This document shows positions 1-9,333 of a stretch of DNA of 64,000 nt, piece after piece. Under the pieces are notes generated by a model. It was not told the origin of the DNA and searched no databases. It saw only the letters and a program-made list of their open reading frames with translations. The position numbers and the translations under genes were made by a program. The first letter of the stretch is position 1, and every line of letters begins with the position of its first letter. Source of the DNA: an uncultured Spirochaetota bacterium (GTDB taxonomy: Bacteria; Spirochaetota; Brevinematia; Brevinematales; JAOACQ01); the NCBI GenBank assembly GCA_963783575.1, contig CAWAOD010000005.1, forward strand, positions 32,001 to 96,000, given 5' to 3'.

Positions 1-14
1 TTCTTGACGAGAAA

Positions 15-509
15 ATGCTTTTTATCCGAAACGGCAAAGGTAAAAAGGATAGAATCCTTCCGCTCGGTGAAACGGCTTTAAAATATCTTGCGGAATATAT
101 CAAGAAAATCAGGCCGAAAAAGGCAATACAGCCTATTAGAAAATATCGAACCGGTAAATTATTCCTCGGTAACTTTGGAAAGGCTCTATCAACCGGCGGC
201 TTAAGCGGCATTATCCGCAAGATCAAGGATGCGCAGGGATTTACAAAAACTATTTACCCTCACATAATCCGCCATTCCTTCGCAACGCATCTGCTCAACG
301 CCGGTGCGGATATCCGGGAAGTCCAGCTTCTTTTAGGGCATACAAGCCTTGATTCAACACAGATTTATTTGAACCTTTCAACGGCCTATTTAAAAGAAAT
401 TTATCGGAAATATCATCCGTTAGAAAATGAATTGTATTTTGATGTATTATCAAGAGAAAGCTATATTTTTGAATGGAAATTATTTGATAAAAAGATGCCG
501 GATGGTTAA
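15..509 (+). CDS. XerC/XerD-like tyrosine recombinase, C-terminal part (gene begins before the window)
   Basis: GKGKKDR, HIIRHSFATHLL (HxxR), LLGH..L..TQIY catalytic motifs. Confidence 0.93.
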   Translation: MLFIRNGKGKKDRILPLGETALKYLAEYIKKIRPKKAIQPIRKYRTGKLFLGNFGKALSTGGLSGIIRKIKDAQGFTKTIYPHIIRHSFATHLLNAGADIREVQLLLGHTSLDSTQIYLNLSTAYLKEIYRKYHPLENELYFDVLSRESYIFEWKLFDKKMPDG

Positions 510-531
510 AATACTTAAGTAGGAGAAAAAA

Positions 532-801
532 ATGATTACAGAATACAAAGTGGCGGAAGCTAAAGAAAATCTGGATCAGCTTCTGGATATGGCCAATTCG
601 AGCCATGTACCGATTAAAATCATAAGGAAGAAATCTCCTTCCGCTTATGTTATATCGGAAGACGATTATGATTCGCTTGAAGAAACTCTTTATCTTCTTA
701 GTAATCCGGCTAATGCGGCGCATTTGAGAAGATCGATAAAAAGCAAAAAGAGAGTCCGGTTTAATTCCTTAGAGGATTTGAAGCATGAAATTGGACTTTA
801 G
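532..801 (+). CDS. yefM: Phd/YefM family antitoxin
   Basis: AKENLDQLL N-terminus, YDSLEETLYLLSNPANAAHLRRSI; overlaps toxin gene. Confidence 0.92.
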   Translation: MITEYKVAEAKENLDQLLDMANSSHVPIKIIRKKSPSAYVISEDDYDSLEETLYLLSNPANAAHLRRSIKSKKRVRFNSLEDLKHEIGL

Positions 802-1042
802 CAGCGAGGCTTTCAGCGATTTGCATGAATGGATAATTACGGAAAAGAAGAAAGCTTCAAAAATCATGGATTTAATAGCCGATATACAAAAGCATCCGTT
901 TGAAGGGATCGGAAAGCCTGAACCGCTCAAATATGAATGGTCCGGTTATTGGTCAAGAAGAATCGATGGTGAGCATCGTCTTGTTTACAGGATAAAGGGA
1001 GACGCCATCGAAATTGCATCTTGTAAATATCATTACAGTTAA
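785..1042 (+). CDS. yoeB: Txe/YoeB family mRNA interferase toxin
   Basis: PFEGIGKPEPLK...WSRRIDGEHRLVY...CKYHY signature. Confidence 0.95.
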   Translation: MKLDFSSEAFSDLHEWIITEKKKASKIMDLIADIQKHPFEGIGKPEPLKYEWSGYWSRRIDGEHRLVYRIKGDAIEIASCKYHYS

Positions 1043-1057
1043 TTGAGGTAGGCGAAG

Positions 1058-1234
1058 ATGAAATCTATTGATCCGATTGTAGAAGAAATGACGAATGCCG
1101 GGAAGAAAATACAGGAAGAATGCGGAAACGATTGGGACAAATTCGCTGAAAGGATTCAGGAGAATGAAAAGAAATTGAAGGCTGAAGGCTGGAAATTTGC
1201 CTACTTAAAACCACAGCGTAGAAAAGCCAGTTAA
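1058..1234 (+). CDS. 58-aa small protein MKSIDPIVEEM..., possibly an orphan antitoxin-like protein (below the ORF-track cutoff)
   Basis: GAGG RBS upstream; open from ATG 1058 to TAA 1234. Confidence 0.6.
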   Translation: MKSIDPIVEEMTNAGKKIQEECGNDWDKFAERIQENEKKLKAEGWKFAYLKPQRRKAS

Positions 1235-1235
1235 T

Positions 1236-2249
1236 ATGAATCAGTCGACCTATGTAATCTGCCGAAACGCTGCTTTAATACTTTTGTACACCGTGGCCAA
1301 GTCGAAGGCTATAAAAGCGAAACAAGCGGCTCTGGCCATGGAGTGTACAAAAGCGAAGCGGGGGAAAGCGGCCGCTAAAAAAGCCGCAACTCTCATGGGG
1401 TTTACAGGGAGTAGTTCCCCCAGTTCACTACAGGGGAATACTCCAAATATAGAACCAACATCTTTGCATACAGGCAATTATGCGAATGATTATGGAGCTA
1501 ATATAAATCCAATTACAGGTTCAGTAAATTATGCAAATGATTATAATGCTCCGATAAACCCGAATTATACGGATAATCCAACAAATTACAGGGACACTTC
1601 CTGGCATGGACAGGAAAGCCTTGATAAGGTAAATGATGCATATCAAGACTTTAAGAATCAATACAAAAATGGTAAAATACCTTTCAATAGTTTAACTTAT
1701 GACAGTATTAAAGACTTTGCTGATGATCATAATATGACCGATGCGGAAAGGCTTTATTTCACAGAAAGAATTGCCCATGATAATCCTGAATTTTATTCAA
1801 ATACTAAACTTGCCTATATTGGGACATTCCCAGAGTTAAAAACTCAAACATATTGTGATCGGTACGCATCTTATGTAACCAAGATATATACTGGAAATTC
1901 AGATTTGGAAGCCGCAGGTCATTGGGGTGTACCGTATGCGAATCAATATTTTCAAGATAATTCATATAATACTTATAACGTATCACATGGACAAGATATG
2001 CAAGAGATGGCAAATTTTGGTAAATTGACGTATGCTTCTGATTCAGGACATATAATTGTTATTTCACCTGGAAATGGAAAATGGTCAGAAGATATTTACA
2101 CAATAGGTGAAGAAGATATGCAAGTTTATTTACCTGCTATTGCCCAACAAGGGAGAGATAACTACTTAAATGGTTTAGGCGGAAATTATAACTTACGTAA
2201 TGCTTATAAACCAATTCAAATACCAAATATAATTTATTATAACAAATAG
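1236..2249 (+). CDS. Orphan polymorphic-toxin C-terminal cassette with a putative papain/CHAP-like amidase domain; the first ~55 codons are probably a non-coding hairpin
   Basis: TYCDRYASYV (Cys) and SGHIIVI (His) motifs; low-complexity linker; followed by an exported AT-rich gene. Confidence 0.55.
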   Translation: MNQSTYVICRNAALILLYTVAKSKAIKAKQAALAMECTKAKRGKAAAKKAATLMGFTGSSSPSSLQGNTPNIEPTSLHTGNYANDYGANINPITGSVNYANDYNAPINPNYTDNPTNYRDTSWHGQESLDKVNDAYQDFKNQYKNGKIPFNSLTYDSIKDFADDHNMTDAERLYFTERIAHDNPEFYSNTKLAYIGTFPELKTQTYCDRYASYVTKIYTGNSDLEAAGHWGVPYANQYFQDNSYNTYNVSHGQDMQEMANFGKLTYASDSGHIIVISPGNGKWSEDIYTIGEEDMQVYLPAIAQQGRDNYLNGLGGNYNLRNAYKPIQIPNIIYYNK

Positions 2250-2270
2250 TGATGGAAGGAGCGAATTATT

Positions 2271-3152
2271 ATGAAAAGATATATTTTAATATCTTTACTG
2301 ATATTATTTTGCTTAAATATAAATCTCCTATATAGCCAAAAAGTAATAAATTATCAGAGAATAATTGAATTTTCCGAAAATCAATGGGGTCATGGATTTG
2401 TTATTTCAGCAGACAATTCATTTTTAATTAGTATTTCAGAACATAGTGATAAGAAAGGGTTGAATTGGATTTATTGGTATAAAGATGGAGAAATTACAAA
2501 AAAAATTGATAACGCAATGTTTGGTTCTACAAGTCCTGATGGTAAGTATTATGCTTATATTAATAAAAAGAATGTTTACATATTTAAAAATGATGATACT
2601 CTAATTAATAAATTTGAATTTAAAGGAATGTTATACAAATATATGTGGGATTATAATTCTAATTTCATATTTACAATTGAATTAGTTAACAATCTTTATA
2701 AGATAATTAGATTTGATTTTTTAAATAATAGAAAAGAGGAGATATTAAGTTCATCAAATTATTTTTATCCAATTCCTGTAAAATCAAAAGATATTTTATA
2801 TTTATTGAAAAATTATAATTTTTCAGATAACTCCACAGAAGATTACAAAATAGTAAAATATAATATTAATACAAAAATATTCAATGAAATACATTTACCC
2901 GATGAGAATTATAATATCTTGAATTCATTTACAATATCACCAGATGAAAAATTCATTGTTTATGTAGATAAGAATGACTTAAATATGAATATTATTGAAG
3001 TTAATGAAAAAAAAGTCATCATTAGATTTAAAGTTAATGATTTTCCTGAGAGTTTTAGTTGGGAGTCAAATGATTTATTTTTCATATTTTCTATGGATAA
3101 TAGAGGTATAGATAAATTCAATATGCAAGATTATTTGAAGCCGATAGAATAA
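2271..3152 (+). CDS. Exported beta-propeller (TolB/WD40-like) protein, candidate immunity protein
   Basis: Signal peptide; repeated SPDGK/SPDEK/SADNS blade motifs; very AT-rich; directly after the toxin-like ORF. Confidence 0.6.
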   Translation: MKRYILISLLILFCLNINLLYSQKVINYQRIIEFSENQWGHGFVISADNSFLISISEHSDKKGLNWIYWYKDGEITKKIDNAMFGSTSPDGKYYAYINKKNVYIFKNDDTLINKFEFKGMLYKYMWDYNSNFIFTIELVNNLYKIIRFDFLNNRKEEILSSSNYFYPIPVKSKDILYLLKNYNFSDNSTEDYKIVKYNINTKIFNEIHLPDENYNILNSFTISPDEKFIVYVDKNDLNMNIIEVNEKKVIIRFKVNDFPESFSWESNDLFFIFSMDNRGIDKFNMQDYLKPIE

Positions 3153-3180
3153 AGCTTCCCGGTTTTTTTATTTTCTCCTT

Positions 3181-3340
3181 TAGAGCATCCAAACCGGAGC
3201 AAAAAGGGAGGAATTCCGAGCAAAAAGCTTCGAAGTCGGAGCTCAGAGGTCGGAATTTGGAGTAAAAAGCCCCGGTGTCGAAGCTCTGAACTAGGAAACC
3301 TGAGTAAAAAGCTTCGGCTTCGAGACTCGGAACTCCGGTT
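3181..3340. repeat. Degenerate 7/21-nt periodic tandem repeat
   Basis: GAG(C/T)AAAAAG recurs at 3197, 3218, 3260 and 3302 (spacing 21, 42, 42). Confidence 0.7.
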
Positions 3341-3533
3341 TACACATTAGCAAAATCTGACGGCAAAGCGAGAGCATGAAGAAAGTAGAAAGATTTTATT
3401 CAAGCCTCGTCAGCCCCATTCCTTACAAAACTGGCAGGCTCGCCGTCTCACACTGCCAGTTTTTCCAGTCAGGGGCATTCCTCGGCTTGCGCGCTCTATT
3501 GGCGGAAGTCAGAGGCAACCGAACCCGCTGACG

Positions 3534-3561
3534 CTTTAACATAATTGTTCTTATGGTCAGG
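3534..3561 (-). other. dif-like Xer recombination site
   Basis: Minus strand CCTGACCATAA-GAACAA-TTATGTTAAAG; 11-6-11 layout; XerD arm matches TTATGTTAAAT at 10/11. Confidence 0.75.
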
Positions 3562-3773
3562 CCGGGGGGCGAAATCCTCCGCTCCCCAGCAGCATCTGAA
3601 GCGAATCTGAAGAAAAAGTCCAGGATTTTGGACTAATAAAAGAGACATAAAAAGGAATGGACAGAGAGGGAAATTAGGAATGTGGTTATTGGAATAAGGC
3701 GAATAAAAGAAAGGAAGAGGAATGGAAGGCAGCAAAAATATCCATATTGTCTTATTTAACTTTAATAATTTTC

Positions 3774-5027
3774 TTAATATTGGCATATAGGACAAGCGGC
3801 GAGACGATTTTCATGGATTCTTTGCAAACGGGCTTGTTCGAAACCGGATTGAATGGAAATAAAATCAGGTTTTTTACCAAAGTAAGCTTCGGCAGGAGTC
3901 TGGTATTTATGAGCATGGTGAGGCCGGACATGATTATATTCCTGGACTGCTGTTTCAAGATACCTTTCAAGTTCCTTAAGGTCATGAAATTTGGAACGCA
4001 AAAGCCAGGAATACTTGAGGGTTTTATTGACAGCTTCGATCATACTGTTTGAAAAATGAATATCTTTCAAAGCTATCAAATGTCTGATAGAGATTTTATC
4101 TTTAAGAAATTGTTTAATGAGGTCATTATCATTTTCAGTACCGCCATCCGTCAGAAATATGATATATGAATCAATATGTTCGGTAAAATTTCTGAAAATT
4201 TTATCATAGGATTCCTTCAGGTTGGAAAGAGCTATATCTGCAGATAGTGAAAGAGAAACTTTGTAAGAAATGATAAAACGTGAAAAATTATCAATGAGAA
4301 TATAGATGTAGGCTGTGAGTCCGTTAAGGAGTTTCAGGCAGGTAACATCGGCGTGGATGACCTCATTGGGAAAGGAAGCCCGGATTCCTTTTTCATAGCG
4401 GGGTTTTTTAATGATGAAGCGCTTAAACCCAAGAAGTTTTGAGTATTTATAGAAGGAATCGCGGCAGATAAAAAGCCTTTTTTTTCTGACAGATTCTGAA
4501 TGGATGGAATGAACAGACCACTTATGATATGCTGGATCAAATAAGATATTTTTCATTTCATAAAGTTCTCTTTGTGAAATCTGATTAGGCCAGACTTTTG
4601 GACATTTATGTATGGGCGAGATTAGGCACTTTGTTTTAAGAAGAAAGAATTTACAGGCTCTTTCAATGGTAAGTTTGAAACGGTTAACAAGGAAATAAAC
4701 GGCTTTTACGGTAATATCCTGAATTTTATCAAGATACCCGGCAGGTTTATGAATAAGCAGGTATTGTATTTTATTTTTAAAGGAATATACATGAACAATA
4801 ATCCTGGTCATTAATAGTAATGATTTTGAGGATGAGACGGTTTTAAAAAGGGGCATAAATTTGGATTCGAATTCCCTGTATTCTAGTCCAAAAAGAGAGG
4901 AAAGGTCGTAATTCATAAGATGATAATAGGATGATTTTGAAATATTATCGCGGATGGATTCATAATTTAAAAGGCCAAGCTGCAGAGCGAGTGTAAAACT
5001 ATGATCATATTTTCTTATGAAACGCAT
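3774..5027 (-). mobile_element. DDE integrase-core (rve) transposase, IS3/IS481-like; element ends not resolved
   Basis: IHADVT, LIDNFSR, LTDGGTEN, IEAVNKTLK, YNHVRPH motifs. Confidence 0.85.
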
Positions 5028-5567
5028 ATAAAGTCCTTATTCATTTAATTTAATAAAAAATGATAATGTAAAAGACAGGCTATAGTCAATATGACTTTGG
5101 TTACATTTTGATGTGACGTCTGTCATATTTTTAGAATGATAAAAATGTGACAAATATCATATTGACAATCGGGGTATTTGTAGGATATAATAATTCCGTA
5201 ATGGTAACAAATGTTAATAGAATTAAGGCAGCTTGTACAACCAAATGCGCAGGCACACGTCTCCGGTTGCTTACGGAGCTTCTTCTAAGGCGTACACGAT
5301 GTACGCCGCTGAGCGCGGATGAGGCAGGATGCCGAATCGCGCGATTACGCAGTAAGCAAGCGGAGACGTGTGCCGGAGCAGTTGATGGAAAAGGGGGGAT
5401 ACTACTACTAGACAGGGCGGGACATAGCACAAAAAACTGAACAAGAAAAATGATGCCCGTAGGATGGAAAAAAGAGCTTTAAGAATAAACCTGGGTGGGA
5501 TCGGTATAGGGTGCCCTGTAAAGTCCCCAAAATTGCTTTAATTATTTTTCTTTTACAAGGCTTTCGA

Positions 5568-5691
5568 AGCGCGGCGTCCGAAACGGCACACTTTCCAGAG
5601 CGGCCAGGGACGGCCGCGGGCCGGAGATCTGTCCGAAGCAGGATGCAAGTTTACGGAGGCCTGGAAAGTGTGCCGTTTCGGACGCCGCGCT
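5568..5691. repeat. Perfect 31-bp inverted repeat with 62-nt spacer
   Basis: AGCGCGGCGTCCGAAACGGCACACTTTCCAG (5568-5598) and its exact reverse complement (5661-5691). Confidence 0.95.
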
Positions 5692-6384
5692 CGACAGCAA
5701 CCCGCGCTCTCGCGCGATTATGTCGGTGCGGCCAGCGGAGCAATCGGCGGAGCGCTTAGAGGCATGATGAGCGGCGTTGATATGGGACAGGCGGGATCGA
5801 CTGTATACGGCGGTGTAAGCGGATCAATAGGCGCTTATAGCGGATATAATCAACAGAAAGCCGCTGAAGCTGCTCATAGGGATAACGCTCAGAACGAAAT
5901 GGCTGATAATTACAGAAAGAACAATGAAGATATGATGTATGATTACAAAAGGGCTAAGTTTGAACAGGGATTAACACAGCCGATAGGTTATATGATTGGT
6001 GAAACTACTGCAGGGATAAGGACTGTGAGCAACACATCAAATTTACCGCCTGAATATCGTGTACGTGATACTGAAACATATAATTATGGCTTTGCTAGCG
6101 GATCACCGGGGGATCCTCGAATAATAACTGTTGGTGGAGTTGGAGATAATAAACAGTATTTAGATACTACCACTTTGCTGAACAATGATAATTATAAAAA
6201 ATTGGTCGAAGAAAAGCCAATGAAAATGCAAGAAATACTGCACGAAAGAGAAATGAATGAGAGTAATTATAATGAAAGGATATATTCGACGAAAAATTGG
6301 CGGAATACCGAAAATAAATTGAATGCTGCAATGGCTCAAATTGATACTAATATAAACGGTCAAAAAATGGCCGGCGGCGGTTGA
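5668..6384 (+). pseudogene. Start-less polymorphic-toxin (Rhs-like) C-terminal fragment
   Basis: Gly/Ala/Ser-rich GAASGAIGGA...GGVSGSIGA pre-toxin-like segment begins right after the hairpin; no credible RBS or start codon. Confidence 0.5.
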
Positions 6385-6694
6385 TTAATCAATGATATTG
6401 CAAATGTGCTGCAGCAAAAGGGGATTGATTTTTCACCACAAGATATAGACAGGCTTGCTGATGAAAATGATTGTTATATATATAAAAACAAAATCCTTGA
6501 TATTATAAGAACAATCCCATTTTTTGTAATAAGCATTGTTACCAACTTCTGGAAATGGGTTTTTCGGGGCTCTTCTGAATGATGGTTTGTGTGAACTGGA
6601 CTGATCTGTGCAAAAGAAATATTGACACTTTTTGTAAAAGTTCTTATAGAGGAGCCATTTTCGATAGTAACTCAAGCTCTCGAGCAATTCACCT

Positions 6695-7315
6695 TTAAAA
6701 ATATCCCTGCAGCAGGATTAATTTGAAAAAAGGAAGTTGAGTCATGGGAATATAAATAAAAAAAGCTGCTTCCATAAAAGGCAGGAAAGGTATTCTTTCC
6801 TTTTTTTTATAAACAACAAGGCGGATAAGCCCGTAGCATAAGGCAAATATAGCCGCCAAAAATCCTATGATGAAAACCGAATGTGGCATAACCAGAAGAC
6901 TCAGTCCTGTAAAAATCGCAACATCTCCAAGGCCCAGACCTCTGCCTTTTGTTATGATAAATGGTATCAGGAGAAAAAGCAGGCCTGATATAACCGCAAT
7001 TAAATTCGATATAAAAGGCAGAACTATTAAAACTCTCAATAATATTACCGGTATTAAAAATATTATAATTGAGAAAATCGAAACAGCTTGAAATTTTATA
7101 TCATAAATACTTAAGAAATTTAAAACAATGAATAAAAGCCAGTAGAGCAAAAAAATCTGAATAGGAATAAATTTATAAAAATAATAAAAGGCTGTTGAAA
7201 ACGCCATCAAAAAAATGATTATTGTAATTCGGTTTATCCTGTAAATATAAAAATAGGTTAAATAGGATACAATTAAAAATCCGGCTGATAAAAGTATTTT
7301 CAACAGCATTTTCAA
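6695..7315 (-). CDS. A24 family prepilin peptidase-like membrane protein
   Basis: IYD, GLGLGDV and IPFLPF motifs; multiple TM segments. Confidence 0.8.
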   Translation of the reverse strand: MKMLLKILLSAGFLIVSYLTYFYIYRINRITIIIFLMAFSTAFYYFYKFIPIQIFLLYWLLFIVLNFLSIYDIKFQAVSIFSIIIFLIPVILLRVLIVLPFISNLIAVISGLLFLLIPFIITKGRGLGLGDVAIFTGLSLLVMPHSVFIIGFLAAIFALCYGLIRLVVYKKKERIPFLPFMEAAFFIYIPMTQLPFFKLILLQGYF

Positions 7316-8169
7316 TTGTCCCGGGAATGTTTTTGTAACAGTGTTAAAAAGTCCAGACTGCTTTTGATTACAGAACGGGTTTCGTCATTGTCATCCAGAG
7401 CATCGAAGGCATGGCGGCCGGTTTTATGACGGATTAAGGTTATGTTTAAGCCTTTTTCTCCTGCAAGCCTGTAAAATTCCTCGTTTGAATCTTTAATGAT
7501 CTTCATGCTGTCCCTTTCTGATTTTACGGTAAGAAAAGGCGGCAGGCCGGTGTTTGTTAAAGGACTGAAAATTTTCAGGATATCGACAGGAGAATATTCC
7601 GGGTATTTTGTTTTTAACAGGCCGTAATATATTATTACGCCTTTTATATAATCCTGATTTTCCCTTAAAATCCAGCTAACTCCTGCTGCTCCACCGGCTG
7701 AAAAGACCCATATAAATATATTGTCCCTGTCAAGCCTGTATTCTTCACTATGATTTCTTAAAAAATTCACCATATCTTTAAAGTCTTTTTCTGCAAGATC
7801 ACCATTTTTTCCCATGTCTGAATTACCGTGATTGAAAGTTATGCCCGCGAATCCTTTTGAAGCCGCCAATCTGCCGTAGTCTTTAAATATCTGCCAGTTT
7901 TTTGCATTTCTTATGAGGAATTTCGGTCCGTCGCCATGGATAAAGATAACACAGGGATAAGCGCCTGATTTATTTTCATCGGGTGGAAGATAAAGATCAA
8001 ACATTAATATTTTTCCGTTTCTTTCATTATAAATAAGATTTTTCTTAATTACTGTGTTTTTGTGATCCTCTATTTTGTACAGAAGATTTTTTCCTGTGAT
8101 ATAATGAATGTAGAATATGGAGAAAATTACATAAATAGCTATAACGGCAAGTATAATTATTATGGGCAT
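7312..8169 (-). CDS. Alpha/beta hydrolase
   Basis: DLYLP, IFIHGDG, FSAGG nucleophile elbow, HAFD. Confidence 0.85.
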   Translation of the reverse strand: MPIIIILAVIAIYVIFSIFYIHYITGKNLLYKIEDHKNTVIKKNLIYNERNGKILMFDLYLPPDENKSGAYPCVIFIHGDGPKFLIRNAKNWQIFKDYGRLAASKGFAGITFNHGNSDMGKNGDLAEKDFKDMVNFLRNHSEEYRLDRDNIFIWVFSAGGAAGVSWILRENQDYIKGVIIYYGLLKTKYPEYSPVDILKIFSPLTNTGLPPFLTVKSERDSMKIIKDSNEEFYRLAGEKGLNITLIRHKTGRHAFDALDDNDETRSVIKSSLDFLTLLQKHSRDN

Positions 8170-8187
8170 AAATACTCCTTATTTTAA

Positions 8188-9333
8188 TTAAAACAGGACC
8201 TCAAACCTGATCGCGTATTCCAGTTTCGGCGAAATAACCCATGTCAAACCGTCTATATTATTATCATAATACCGTAAATAGGCGGTCATATTAACGTTCT
8301 GGAAGATATTTCTGAAATACTGAGCGGTCAGGAATGTAGCCGGCTGAAGCGGATTATAGATTACGCTCAGGCTTGCCTGCTGAATTTCATCGATCTGGTA
8401 CTGGCTTAAAAAAAAGAGATAATGCCGGTTATAAAAAAGCCTGTTTATTGTGGAAATATTCCCGGGTGTTACCTGATCAGGGTCTATCGGTTTTTCATTA
8501 TAATAATATTCAAGGAGAAAGATGAGTTTACTGTCAAAAAATGAGTAATCGGCGCCGAGCATGCCCTCGAAATAATTGCTTATATTATCATTAAAGAAGT
8601 GTTCGACAGCTTCCCCATGGATTCCTATCTCAATGTCACCTTTGAAGGTAAGCCCTGCAATCGCTTCATTTCCGGCGCCCCTGTATATTCCAATAGCGGA
8701 TAAATCATAGCCCGAGATATTCGCGAAAAGCTTAACCGCGGAAGTGTTATTTGATAAATGGGAAGTTAAAGATGTAACGAGGTCAAGCCCTGCGGTTGAA
8801 TTGAAGGGGACCTTTATCTCGGCAATATCAGAACCGTTCCTTGTAAAATTGATGTCGCTGAGGTCGATGGCAGAAAAAACATTAATCGGCGAGAATAATT
8901 CACCCACCCCGAAATTAATTATCTGCCTGCCCAGTGTGATGTCAGCAAAATCGGGATACAATTCCAGATAGAGTTTTCTCAGGTTGAACATTATGGCGGT
9001 TTGATTCCCGGAGGAAAAGAGAGCCGGTAGAGCGGTTCCATACTGGGCCATGTAAGAATCGGCATATTCCCCGTAAAAAAGGTTAACATCAAGGCTTCCT
9101 TCGATTTTGGCGGAGCTTCTGTCACGGTTCAGCAAATTAAGCCTTAATGTGTTTTCCCCGGCATAGGCGAATGTCGTATTATTCGAATCATAGCTGTAAT
9201 ATTGATTGATGATATTATCATTGATGATGCGTCCGTTTATATCAAGCCCTTTATTATCGTTATCCTCTGCGGTTGAAATGCTGGCAGAAGCAAAAATAAA
9301 AAATGTTAATATTGAATATTTTAAATTACCCAT
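8188..9333 (-). CDS. Exported putative outer-membrane beta-barrel protein of the ABC operon
   Basis: Signal peptide, GRQIINFG motif, C-terminal F. Confidence 0.65.
   Translation of the reverse strand: MGNLKYSILTFFIFASASISTAEDNDNKGLDINGRIINDNIINQYYSYDSNNTTFAYAGENTLRLNLLNRDRSSAKIEGSLDVNLFYGEYADSYMAQYGTALPALFSSGNQTAIMFNLRKLYLELYPDFADITLGRQIINFGVGELFSPINVFSAIDLSDINFTRNGSDIAEIKVPFNSTAGLDLVTSLTSHLSNNTSAVKLFANISGYDLSAIGIYRGAGNEAIAGLTFKGDIEIGIHGEAVEHFFNDNISNYFEGMLGADYSFFDSKLIFLLEYYYNEKPIDPDQVTPGNISTINRLFYNRHYLFFLSQYQIDEIQQASLSVIYNPLQPATFLTAQYFRNIFQNVNMTAYLRYYDNNIDGLTWVISPKLEYAIRFEVLF

Noticed and set aside
15..509. Integron integrase (IntI) with a classical attC array
   Set aside because: The protein lacks the IntI-specific insertion before the HxxR motif, and the hairpins are not bounded by clear RYYYAAC/GTTRRRY boxes.
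1236..1400. Ala/Lys-rich N-terminus of the 337-aa ORF as real protein
   Set aside because: It coincides with a GC-rich inverted repeat and has no RBS, so it is likely a chance open frame.
5131..5759. Short ORFs of 82-99 aa in the GC-rich block
   Set aside because: They overlap each other on both strands across hairpin-rich DNA and have no recognisable motifs.
6382..6384. TGA recoding (alternative genetic code or selenocysteine)
   Set aside because: Many intact genes in the window end in TGA, and no SECIS-like context was recognised.
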